NCBI GenBank assembly: GCA_041498975.1
Contig: JBGQJI010000067.1
Span: 1 to 12,851, forward strand
Direction of reading: 5' to 3'
Source: Candidatus Methylomirabilis sp.
Lineage (GTDB): Bacteria > Methylomirabilota > Methylomirabilia > Methylomirabilales > Methylomirabilaceae
Length of the DNA stretch: 12,851 nt
A program made the position numbers and the translations under genes. The notes under the pieces were generated by a model that saw only the letters and a list, made by a program, of their open reading frames with translations, did no database searches and had not been told where the DNA came from. Each line of letters opens with the position of its first letter. Positions within the stretch are counted from its first letter, which is position 1. Positions 1 to 7,499 of the stretch are shown in pieces.

Positions 1-26
1 AGGTTATGCCTCCTCGACGGCCTCCA

Positions 27-410
27 CTAATACGGGGCCGAAACCGGCGGCGCGTACGGAGGGCAGGGGGCGTTGATCCACCTGCCGTAGGCATCGTAAT
101 AGCCACAGGGTGAGTAGGGATAGGGGTAATACGCGGGGTAGGGATAGGCGACAGGGTAGCCGGGGAAGAAGCCCCCGACTCCCACGTTGAAGAAAAACAC
201 GTTCCGGCGGAAGGGGTGGTGACGGAACCCGTGTCCGAACCCCCCATTGAACTGGTGTCCGAATCCGGCGTGGAACGCGCGTCCGCCACCCCGGTGAACG
301 CTTCCCATCCTTGCTTCGGCAGGTGGAGGGCCTACTAGAGTGAGGGTCGCCAGGAGCAGCGCCACTGTCAGGCCGATCAGCCACACACGTCGTACACCGT
401 GCCTTGCCAT
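27..410 (-). CDS. Putative secreted low-complexity Gly/His/Phe- then Tyr/Pro-rich protein (127 aa)
   Basis: Start reassigned to ATG at 410, which has GGAGG 7 nt upstream. N-terminus MARHGVRRVWLIGLTVALLLATLTLVGPPPAEA has the shape of a Sec signal peptide with an A-x-A site. It is followed by GFGH-like repeats, a YPYP tract and a Cys pair. Confidence 0.75.
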   Translation of the reverse strand: MARHGVRRVWLIGLTVALLLATLTLVGPPPAEARMGSVHRGGGRAFHAGFGHQFNGGFGHGFRHHPFRRNVFFFNVGVGGFFPGYPVAYPYPAYYPYPYSPCGYYDAYGRWINAPCPPYAPPVSAPY

Positions 411-512
411 CGATGTTCCTCCCTTCACACCGGCATTTCCTTTCCAGCGCCGACCGAAACCGGGATCATCTCCCTGGTTCTGTTTGCCGTCCATCGACTC
501 TTCGTGTGGATT

Positions 513-541
513 ATTGTCCTTTTGACGTTTGTTGCTGTCAA
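513..541 (-). promoter_or_regulatory. Candidate sigma70-type promoter for the 27..410 gene
   Basis: Minus strand reads TTGACA (541-536), 17 nt, GACAAT (518-513). It overlaps a TTGAC-N10-GTCAA inverted repeat (522-541). Confidence 0.45.
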
Positions 542-640
542 GAAATTTGTTCTCTCGAAACTGATTCAAGGGAGCCGCGGAGGAAGCGCGCGGACGCGGG
601 TCGGCCGACCGCAGCGCGAAAGCTATCGAAGGGAGGTGAC

Positions 641-889
641 ATGGGGAAGCGAGACATCGATGCGGTCGTTGAGCAGGCGCCAGGGATTGCAGAGAAGCTG
701 GCCAAAGTGAGTCGGGCGAGATCAGCGACTTCCAAGACCCCGGATTCTATCGAGGCCGCGATCCTGTCGCTCATACTGCTAGTCACGCGTTCTGGAAGGC
801 CGGAGAGCATTCGGGAGGTATCGTGCTTTTCCCCTCCTGCGGGTGGCCCCCGCATCACGCCAGGAGAGACTCCGGCGCCCTTCCCATGA
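641..889 (+). CDS. Hypothetical small protein (82 aa, MGKRDIDAVVEQAPG...)
   Basis: Strong SD GGAGGTGA (632-639) immediately before ATG 641. It occupies otherwise unassigned space. No recognisable domain. Confidence 0.45.
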   Translation: MGKRDIDAVVEQAPGIAEKLAKVSRARSATSKTPDSIEAAILSLILLVTRSGRPESIREVSCFSPPAGGPRITPGETPAPFP

Positions 890-981
890 GCCGCTTCACG
901 CTCAGCTTCATTCAGAAGCCGAGATAGATGTAAGGACAGATCCGTTCGCGATTGAGTGCCATCAGACATCGAACTTTTCCC

Positions 982-1010
982 TTGACAAGAATCGACCGAT
1001 GCTTGAAGAT
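982..1010 (+). promoter_or_regulatory. Candidate sigma70-type promoter of the gcv operon
   Basis: Perfect TTGACA at 982-987, 17-nt spacer, weak -10 GAAGAT (1005-1010). Confidence 0.35.
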
Positions 1011-1119
1011 CGCTCCGTACTTGAGGCGAGGTTCCTCTTTCTGATTCCCCACCGACAACCCCCATACACGCTAGTTCGACCATGTTGCCACCGCAGAGGT
1101 TAACTCCCGCCATGCATTG

Positions 1120-1168
1120 CGCACGTCCGCTGGTCACTCTGCTGATTCGGGAGAGCAGCGGATGAGCG
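1120..1168 (+). promoter_or_regulatory. RBS/start-codon-sequestering hairpin in the gcvT leader
   Basis: CGTCCGCTG (1124-1132) pairs with CAGCGGATG (1156-1164, includes the ATG; one G-U pair). CTCT (1137-1140) pairs with AGAG (1152-1155, part of the SD). CGC (1120-1122) pairs with GCG (1166-1168). Confidence 0.45.
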
Positions 1169-2268
1169 AGCCCACCGGCCCCCTGAAGCGTACACCGCTC
1201 TTCGACGCCCATCGCCAGCTCGGAGCCAAGATGGTTCCATTCGGCGGTTGGGAGATGCCGGTTCAGTATGCCGGGATCCTGCAGGAGCATCGCGCCGTCA
1301 GAGAGAAGGCGGGTTTGTTCGACGTCTCGCATATGGGCGAGTTCGAGATCAAGGGACCTGGCGCCCTCGAAGCGATCCAGCGGCTCACCTCGAATGATGC
1401 GTCCCGGCTCCGCGTCGGGCAGGTGCAATACTCTTCCCTCACGACCCCTCAGGGGACGTTCGTGGACGACATCACGGTCTACAAATTCGCCGACGACCAC
1501 TATTGTCTGACGGTCAACGCCTCGAACATCGAGAAGGACTTCGCCTGGATCCGCGAGCACATCGCGGCCGGCGTTCAGCCCAGGAACGCCAGCGAAGAAA
1601 TCGCTCTGCTGGCCCTCCAGGGGCCCAGGGCCCAGGGGATCCTCCAGACGATGACGTCCGTCGAATTAGGAAAGATCCGCTACTACCACTTCGCTGAAGG
1701 GAAGGTGTTGGGCATCGACTGCTGCATCTCCCGGACAGGCTACACCGGGGAGGACGGGTTCGAGCTCTACCTCCGGTCGCAGCAAGCCGCCACCCTCTGG
1801 GGCGCTCTGCTCGAGGCGGGAGTGCCCGCGGGGCTACAACCCTGCGGGCTTGGCGCTCGTGACACATTGCGCCTCGAGGCCAAGATGGCCCTCTACGGCA
1901 ACGACATCGACGAGCGACGCACGGTCCTTGAGGCGGACCTCGGCTGGATCGTGAAGCTGGAGAAGGGCGAGTTCATCGGGCGCGAGGTTCTCGCCCGGCA
2001 GAGGGCGGAGGGGGTCACCCGGAAGCTGGTGGGGTTTGAAATGACCGGCCGGGGGATCGCCCGCTCGCACTATCCGATCGTCAAGAACGGGAAGCCGATC
2101 GGCGAGGTGACCAGCGGCGGACCTGCCCCCTCGCTCGGCAAGAACATCGGGCTCGGGTATGTGGCCATCGAGCACACGGCCGTCGGGACCGAGTTCGACA
2201 TCGTGATCCGGGGCAATCCCGTCGCCGCGAAGGTTGTCCAGTCCCCCTTCTACAAGCGGCCGAGGTAA
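1162..2268 (+). CDS. gcvT: Glycine cleavage system aminomethyltransferase T (368 aa)
   Basis: Motifs LKRTPLFDAH, MVPFGGWEMPVQY, GLFDVSHMGE, SRTGYTGEDGFE, GLGARDTLRLEA. ATG 1162 is preceded by GGGAGAG. Confidence 0.97.
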   Translation: MSEPTGPLKRTPLFDAHRQLGAKMVPFGGWEMPVQYAGILQEHRAVREKAGLFDVSHMGEFEIKGPGALEAIQRLTSNDASRLRVGQVQYSSLTTPQGTFVDDITVYKFADDHYCLTVNASNIEKDFAWIREHIAAGVQPRNASEEIALLALQGPRAQGILQTMTSVELGKIRYYHFAEGKVLGIDCCISRTGYTGEDGFELYLRSQQAATLWGALLEAGVPAGLQPCGLGARDTLRLEAKMALYGNDIDERRTVLEADLGWIVKLEKGEFIGREVLARQRAEGVTRKLVGFEMTGRGIARSHYPIVKNGKPIGEVTSGGPAPSLGKNIGLGYVAIEHTAVGTEFDIVIRGNPVAAKVVQSPFYKRPR

Positions 2269-2272
2269 AGGC

Positions 2273-2418
2273 GTTCAGAGTTCAGAGTTCATAGATGTTT
2301 CAGAGGAAAGGAAAGCTGAACATAGGGCCATTATCGTTCCTCTCCTGCGTCGCTTTGGATAACTCGCTTGCCCGTTCTTCTGGTTCTCGCTATGAACTCT
2401 GAACCATCAACTCTGAAC
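2273..2418 (+). repeat. Inverted heptamer-repeat element between gcvT and gcvH
   Basis: GTTCAGA-GTTCAGA-GTTCATA (2273-2293) and TATGAAC-TCTGAAC-CATCAAC-TCTGAAC (2391-2418). 2280-2294 is the exact reverse complement of 2390-2404 (15 bp). Confidence 0.85.
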
Positions 2419-2435
2419 CATCGTTGGAGGGTATG

Positions 2436-2822
2436 ATGATCCCTGAGGGGCTGCACTATACCAAGGAGCATGAATGGATCAAGGTTGAAGGGGATCGTGG
2501 ACGGGTCGGGATCACTCACTTTGCCCAGAGCCAACTCGGCGACGTCGTCTTCGTGGAATTGCCGAAGGCCGGGAGGCGGCTGCAACAGATGGAGACATTC
2601 GGGGTGGTGGAGTCGGTGAAGGCAGTCTCCGACCTGTATTGTCCCCTGACCGGCGAGGTGCTTGAGGCCAACCCGACCCTCGAATCCAAGCCGGAGCAGA
2701 TCAACGCCGATCCCTACGGACAGGGATGGATGATCGTGATCAAGATTGCGAATCCCAAAGAGCTGGGCCATCTGATGACGGCGGAGAAGTATAGAGCCTA
2801 TCTGGCAGCGGAGGGACACTGA
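2436..2822 (+). CDS. gcvH: Glycine cleavage system H protein (lipoyl carrier, 128 aa)
   Basis: YTKEHEW, GITHFAQSQLGDVVFVELP, lipoyl-lysine motif VESVKAVSD, INADPYGQGW. GGAGG at 2426-2430 favours ATG 2436 (2433 is the alternative). Confidence 0.97.
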   Translation: MIPEGLHYTKEHEWIKVEGDRGRVGITHFAQSQLGDVVFVELPKAGRRLQQMETFGVVESVKAVSDLYCPLTGEVLEANPTLESKPEQINADPYGQGWMIVIKIANPKELGHLMTAEKYRAYLAAEGH

Positions 2823-4171
2823 TGCAGTACATCCCGAACACAGAGGCCGACTGCCGCGCGATGCTGGACGCCATCGGCGTCCGCTCGAGCGAGGACCTCT
2901 TTGCCGACATCCCCTCCAAGCTGAGGCTGAAGCGAGGGCTGAACCTGGCGCCGCCGCTCTCGGAGGTCGGGCTCATGAGACACATGAAGGAACTGGCCGG
3001 TAAGAACGCGGATGTGGACCAATACTCATCCTTCCTGGGTGCGGGCGCCTACAATCACTTCATCCCTGCGGCCGTCTCGCATCTTGTCTTCAGGTCCGAG
3101 TTCTATACTGCCTATACACCGTATCAGCCGGAGATTTCGCAGGGGACGCTCCAGGCGATCTACGAGTTCCAGACCCTGATCTGCCAGCTCACCGGCATGG
3201 AGGTCGCCAACGCCTCGATGTACGACGGTTCAAGCGGCCTGGCGGAGGCGGTTCTCATGGCTCACCGGATCAATGGCCGCCAAGAGGTCTTGATGCCTCT
3301 CGCGGTCCACCCCGAGTACCGGATGGTATGTCGGACCTACGCCAGCAAGCTTGGTCTTCACCTTCGCGAGGTTCCCTTCACTGACCGTGGCACGACCGAC
3401 TTGAAAGAGGTGAAGGGGGCGCTGTCTGAGCGCACCTCGTGCGTGGTGGTCCAGAGCCCCAATTTTTTCGGGGCCCTGGAGATGTGGGATGAGATCGCGG
3501 ACGCAGCCCATGGTGCGGGAGCCCTCCTTGTGGTGGCTGTCGCTGAGCCGGTGTCGTTCGGGATCGTCAGATCCCCGGGAGAGTGTGAGGCGGACATCGT
3601 CGTCGGCGAGGGGCAATCATTCGGAAACCACCTGAATTTCGGAGGCCCCTACCTTGGCTTTTTCGCCACGAAGGAGGCGTATATTCGGAGCATGCCGGGC
3701 CGTCTGGTCGGGCAGACCGAGGACAAAGCCGGACGGATCGGGTATGTCCTGACCCTCTCCACCCGGGAGCAGCACATCCGGAGGGACAAAGCCACTTCCA
3801 ACATCTGTACGAACGTCGGCCTCTGCGCCCTGGCGGCGACTGTGCACCTTTCCCTGCTAGGGCGGAGCGGGCTCAAAGAGTTGGCCCTATTGAATCTCCG
3901 CAAGACGGCCTATGCCAAGGAGGCGATCTCCAAGCTCCGCTCGTACGAGCCCCGATTCTCCGGGCCGACCTTCAATGAGTTCGTGGTCAGGACAAAGAAA
4001 CGGACGCCAGCTCAGGTGAACCGGGCGCTCCTGGCAAAGAAGATCATCGGTGGGCTGGAACTGGGACGATTTTATCCGGAGCTTTCTGACTGCCTGCTCA
4101 TCTGTGTGACGGAGCAACACAGCCGCGAAGAAATCGACGAGCTCTGCAAGGCGATGGGAGGTGCGCGATGA
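2822..4171 (+). CDS. gcvPA: Glycine dehydrogenase (decarboxylating) subunit 1
   Basis: FLGAGAYNH, EFYTAYTPYQPEISQGTLQ, ANASMYDG, REQHIRRDKATSNICTN. TGATG overlap with gcvH. Confidence 0.97.
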   Translation: MQYIPNTEADCRAMLDAIGVRSSEDLFADIPSKLRLKRGLNLAPPLSEVGLMRHMKELAGKNADVDQYSSFLGAGAYNHFIPAAVSHLVFRSEFYTAYTPYQPEISQGTLQAIYEFQTLICQLTGMEVANASMYDGSSGLAEAVLMAHRINGRQEVLMPLAVHPEYRMVCRTYASKLGLHLREVPFTDRGTTDLKEVKGALSERTSCVVVQSPNFFGALEMWDEIADAAHGAGALLVVAVAEPVSFGIVRSPGECEADIVVGEGQSFGNHLNFGGPYLGFFATKEAYIRSMPGRLVGQTEDKAGRIGYVLTLSTREQHIRRDKATSNICTNVGLCALAATVHLSLLGRSGLKELALLNLRKTAYAKEAISKLRSYEPRFSGPTFNEFVVRTKKRTPAQVNRALLAKKIIGGLELGRFYPELSDCLLICVTEQHSREEIDELCKAMGGAR

Positions 4172-5682
4172 ACGAAGAGACGATCGGCATTCAGGGTCTC
4201 GCGTTCCACGAGCCGCTCCTGTTCGACCAGGGCTCCCGAGGGCGGCGAGGCTGCACGCTCCCGGAGAATGATGTCCCGGAGGTGAAACCGGAGCGGCTGC
4301 TCCCCAAGAAACTCCTCCGTCACGACATCCCAGGCTTCCCGGAGCTGTCCGAGGTGGAGGTCGTCCGGCATTTCACCCGGTTGTCCCAGTGGAATTACGG
4401 GGTCGATCTCGGCTTCTACCCCTTGGGGTCCTGCACGATGAAGTATAGCCCGAAGATCAACGAAGAAGTCTGGCGTCTACCCGGCTTCTCTCGCGCGCAC
4501 CCTTACCAGCCCGAGGCTCTCGTCCAGGGCGCCCTGGAGCTGATGTTCGAACTGGAGCAGTACCTGGCCGAGGTCAGCGGGATGGACCGGGTGTCCCTCC
4601 AGCCGGCGGCCGGCGCCCATGGCGAGCTCCTGGGGATGATGCTGATCCGGGCCTACCTGGAATCCAAGGGGAGCGCGCGGAAGCGGGTCCTGGTCCCCGA
4701 CTCCGCGCACGGCACCAACCCAGCCAGCGCCGCGATCTGCGGTTACCAATGCGTCCAGATCAAGTCGGGACCCAAGGGGTACGTGGAACCGCAGGCCGTG
4801 GCCGAAGCGATGGACGAGGATGTGGCCGCCATCATGGTCACCAACCCGAACACCCTGGGGCTGTTCGAGGAACATATCGCTGAGATCTCGAAGATCGTGC
4901 ACAGCAAGGGCGGGCAGGTCTACTGTGACGGGGCCAATCTGAATGCCCTCATCGGGATCTCGCGGCCGGGGGACACGGGGATCGACGTCCTGCACTTCAA
5001 CCTCCATAAGACGTTTTCTGTCCCGCACGGCGGCGGCGGTCCTGGTTCCGGGCCAGTGGGGCTAAAGGCGCATCTGGCGCCGTTCATGCCGGTCCCGGTG
5101 GTCGATAAAAAGGGAAAGCGGTTTGTGCTGAATCACAACCTACCCTCCAGTGTCGGCAAGGTGCGCGCCTTTTACGGCCACTTTGCTGCGCTCGTGCGCG
5201 CCTACGCGTACATCCGGTCGTTGGGTCCGTCCGGCCTGCGCCGCGTGGCAGAGGTGGCCGTCATCAATGCCAACTACCTCATGAGCCAGCTCAAGAGTCA
5301 CTACCATCTCCCGTACGACAAGTTCTGCAAGCACGAGTGCGTCTTCTCGGACGCCCGTCAGATCCCGCACGACGTTCACACGTTGGACATCGCCAAGCGA
5401 CTGATGGACTATGGCTTCCACCCGCCGACCATCTACTTCCCGCTGATCGTCAGGGGAGCCCTGATGATCGAGCCGACCGAAACCGAGAGCAAGGAAACGC
5501 TCGATCAATTTATTGCCGCCATGAAGCGGATCGCCGAGGAGGCGGAGCGCGACCCGGAACTGGTCCGGTCCGCGCCGCACAAGACCAAGGTCTCGCGACT
5601 GGACGAGGTGAAGGCCGCCCGCCAGCCCAATCTCCGGTGGAAAGGGAAAGCCCCTGGATCAGGGGTCTCTTCTTCCGGGTAA
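4168..5682 (+). CDS. gcvPB: Glycine dehydrogenase (decarboxylating) subunit 2
   Basis: PLGSCTMKY, PDSAHGTNPASA, PLP-lysine motif HFNLHKTFSVPHGGGGPG, DIAKRLMDYGFHPPT, MIEPTETESKETLD. ATGA overlap with gcvPA. Confidence 0.97.
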   Translation: MNEETIGIQGLAFHEPLLFDQGSRGRRGCTLPENDVPEVKPERLLPKKLLRHDIPGFPELSEVEVVRHFTRLSQWNYGVDLGFYPLGSCTMKYSPKINEEVWRLPGFSRAHPYQPEALVQGALELMFELEQYLAEVSGMDRVSLQPAAGAHGELLGMMLIRAYLESKGSARKRVLVPDSAHGTNPASAAICGYQCVQIKSGPKGYVEPQAVAEAMDEDVAAIMVTNPNTLGLFEEHIAEISKIVHSKGGQVYCDGANLNALIGISRPGDTGIDVLHFNLHKTFSVPHGGGGPGSGPVGLKAHLAPFMPVPVVDKKGKRFVLNHNLPSSVGKVRAFYGHFAALVRAYAYIRSLGPSGLRRVAEVAVINANYLMSQLKSHYHLPYDKFCKHECVFSDARQIPHDVHTLDIAKRLMDYGFHPPTIYFPLIVRGALMIEPTETESKETLDQFIAAMKRIAEEAERDPELVRSAPHKTKVSRLDEVKAARQPNLRWKGKAPGSGVSSSG

Positions 5683-5701
5683 GCTCAGCGTTCTCCTCGA
5701 C

Positions 5702-5736
5702 GCGGATGGGGTACGGCATGCCGTACCCCATTTTGC
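5702..5736 (+). terminator. Perfect palindrome followed by a T-run; probable gcv operon terminator or REP-like element
   Basis: ATGGGGTACGGCATGCCGTACCCCAT (5706-5731) is a perfect 26-nt palindrome, extendable by G-U pairs, ending in TTTT (5731-5734). It starts 24 nt after the gcvPB stop. Confidence 0.7.
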
Positions 5737-5751
5737 TTGAGTCAGGGCTTG

Positions 5752-5780
5752 TTGACCAGGGTGTCAGGGGTCGGTATACT
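5752..5780 (+). promoter_or_regulatory. Sigma70-type promoter for the thiD-nfi-alkZ-like operon
   Basis: TTGACC (5752-5757), exactly 17 nt, TATACT (5775-5780); both boxes are 5/6 matches. It lies directly after the gcv terminator. Confidence 0.7.
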
Positions 5781-5787
5781 CACGCAC

Positions 5788-5822
5788 AGTGCGAGGTGCG
5801 AAATGGAGAGTGCGGGGTGCGA
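5788..5822 (+). repeat. Tandem heptamer repeat (RRTGCGR)n
   Basis: AGTGCGA-GGTGCGA-AATGGAG-AGTGCGG-GGTGCGA, five in-register 7-mers (the third is degenerate). Confidence 0.65.
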
Positions 5823-5948
5823 GGGGCCGTTAAAACGTGCTGTCGCGCCAACCCCGCAAGTGAAATGATTCGGAATGGTATGGCGAAGTTGACCGAGTTG
5901 CCCCAGGTCTCGATGACTGCGACCTTTGTCTCAGCCGGCTTCGGACTT

Positions 5949-5997
5949 CCCCTCATCCGCCCCTTCTCCCCTCAGGGGAGAAGGCAAGGTTGAGGGG
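5949..5997 (+). repeat. Nested palindromic REP-like element upstream of thiD
   Basis: Inner 10-bp stem CCTTCTCCCC-TCA-GGGGAGAAGG (5962-5984) within an outer CCCCTCA/TGAGGGG stem (5949-5955/5991-5997). Confidence 0.75.
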
Positions 5998-6009
5998 GCT
6001 GGACGAGCA

Positions 6010-6807
6010 ATGCGCAGGGTGTTGACCATCGCCGGCTCCGATTCCGGAGGCGGGGCCGGGATCCAGGCCGACCTGAAGACCTTTGCCGCTCTGGGCGTCT
6101 TCGGGACCTCTGCGATCACGTCAGTGACCGCCCAGAATACCATGGGGGTGCAAGGGGTCCACGACCTGCCGCCGGACTTCGTGGGCCTGCAGATCGATTC
6201 AGTCCTCGAGGATATCGCGATCGACGCGGCAAAAACCGGCATGCTCTCGAGCGCAGCGATCATCGAGATCGTCGCAAAGAAGGTGAAGGCGCACCGGATC
6301 GAGCGGCTTGTGGTCGATCCGGTCATGGTGGCCAAGAGCGGTGCGCCGTTACTTCAGCCGCAAGCCGTCAAGGCGCTCATCGAGCGTCTTCTCCCGCTTG
6401 CGCTCGTTGTCACGCCGAATGTCCCCGAGGCCGAGGCGCTGTCGGGGCTCAGGATCGGCGGACTCGACGGAATGCGGCAGTCGGCCCGGCAGATCCACGG
6501 CCTCGGCTCGAGATACGTCGTGGTCAAGGGGGGACACCTCGGCGGTCGCGCGACCGATCTCTTATTCGACGGAAGCGTCTTCACGGAGCTTGATGCTGAT
6601 CGCATCGATACCCCTCACACCCATGGGACCGGTTGCGTCTTTTCCGCGGCCATCGCCGCGGAGCTCGCGAAAGGCAGCCACGTTCCCGAGGCAGTCGCTG
6701 CCGCCAAGCGTTTCGTCACTGCTGCCATCCGCCATGGATTTCAGCTCGGAAAGGGACATGGCCCCACCGATCCGATGGCCGCTGCCCAGCTCCTTACCCG
6801 GCCCTGA
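6010..6807 (+). CDS. thiD: Hydroxymethylpyrimidine/phosphomethylpyrimidine kinase (265 aa)
   Basis: [62 protein letters not shown]. Start reassigned to ATG 6010. Confidence 0.95.
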   Translation: MRRVLTIAGSDSGGGAGIQADLKTFAALGVFGTSAITSVTAQNTMGVQGVHDLPPDFVGLQIDSVLEDIAIDAAKTGMLSSAAIIEIVAKKVKAHRIERLVVDPVMVAKSGAPLLQPQAVKALIERLLPLALVVTPNVPEAEALSGLRIGGLDGMRQSARQIHGLGSRYVVVKGGHLGGRATDLLFDGSVFTELDADRIDTPHTHGTGCVFSAAIAAELAKGSHVPEAVAAAKRFVTAAIRHGFQLGKGHGPTDPMAAAQLLTRP

Positions 6808-7499
6808 TGAAGGTCCGATCCCTCCACTCCTGGGACGTCTCACCACGAGAGGCGATGGCGATCCAACGACGCCTTCGCTCCCGGCTTCGACTGGAAGGCG
6901 CAGGGCCTTTTGCCACGATCGCGGGGATCGATGTGTCATATGACGACACGTCAAAGCTGATGTTCGCCGGGGTCGTGGTCATGAGCGGGGATGGGCGGCA
7001 GGTGCTGGAAACCGCCACAGCGGTCGGTCCCGCTCGCTTCCCCTACATCCCCGGACTCCTCTCATTCCGAGAGGTCCCGGCGGTCATCAAGGCCTGGACC
7101 AAGCTGAAGGCGCTGCCTGACTGCCTGATCTGCGATGGTCACGGGTTCGCCCATCCCCGCCGCTTCGGGCTTGCCTGCCATCTGGGGCTGCTGCTCGGTC
7201 GGCCTTCGATCGGGTGCGCGAAGAGCCTCCTGGTGGGTACCCACCGCCAGCCTGGGAAGCGTCGCGGAAGCCTCGAGCCGCTCCTCGATGGCGGCGAACA
7301 GATCGGTGCCGTCCTCAGAACCAGACATGGCGTGGCGCCGGTCTTCGTCTCGCAAGGCGATCGGATCGGTCTCGCTGCCGCCGTGCAGACGGTCCTCGAC
7401 GCCTGTTGCGGCTTCAGGTTGCCCGAGCCAACGCGACGCGCCCATCTCCTGGTCAACCAGATGAGGCGTTCGGCACAGAAAGGAGGGGGCGCCGTTTGA
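6807..7499 (+). CDS. nfi: Endonuclease V (deoxyinosine 3' endonuclease, 230 aa)
   Basis: AGIDVSY, wedge motif FPYIPGLLSFRE, CDGHGFAHPRRFGLACHLG, IGCAKS, RLPEPTRRAH. ATG 6807 overlaps the thiD stop (TGATG). Confidence 0.95.
   Translation: MKVRSLHSWDVSPREAMAIQRRLRSRLRLEGAGPFATIAGIDVSYDDTSKLMFAGVVVMSGDGRQVLETATAVGPARFPYIPGLLSFREVPAVIKAWTKLKALPDCLICDGHGFAHPRRFGLACHLGLLLGRPSIGCAKSLLVGTHRQPGKRRGSLEPLLDGGEQIGAVLRTRHGVAPVFVSQGDRIGLAAAVQTVLDACCGFRLPEPTRRAHLLVNQMRRSAQKGGGAV

Noticed and set aside
415..490. Cobalamin- or c-di-GMP-I-like motifs in the minus-strand leader (AAAGGAAATGCCGGTG; GGCAAAC)
   Set aside because: Only isolated words match. No B12 box or GACGCAAA partner motif, and too little space.
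790..940. Canonical glycine riboswitch upstream of gcvT (fragments TCTGGAAGG, GGAGAGAC..CGCC, AAGGACAGA)
   Set aside because: The essential CCGAAG and CUCUCAGG core elements are absent, the fragments are not in aptamer order, and they lie upstream of the candidate promoter and largely within the 641..889 ORF.
538..1560. 340-aa minus-strand ORF, and the other long ORFs antisense to or overlapping gcv, thiD, nfi, SDR and PBP (e.g. 11567..12436, 7139..7891, 10134..10880)
   Set aside because: Shadow frames expected in GC-rich coding DNA. They show no recognisable motifs and conflict with well-supported genes.
1162..5682. Absence of an L-protein (lpdA) or lipoate genes from the gcv cluster
   Set aside because: Common arrangement: the dihydrolipoamide dehydrogenase is usually shared and encoded elsewhere.
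5880..5960. TPP riboswitch before thiD
   Set aside because: GCTGAGA and GACCTG occur only on the minus strand, the wrong orientation, and the ACCC and GAU..GUAAUGCC elements are missing.
5926..6009. N-terminal extensions given by the ORF track for thiD (also gcvT from 1117, nfi from 6633, the 7214 start, and the 569 start)
   Set aside because: The extensions translate repeats or overlap neighbouring genes. Downstream ATGs have an SD or stop/start coupling and match family N-termini.
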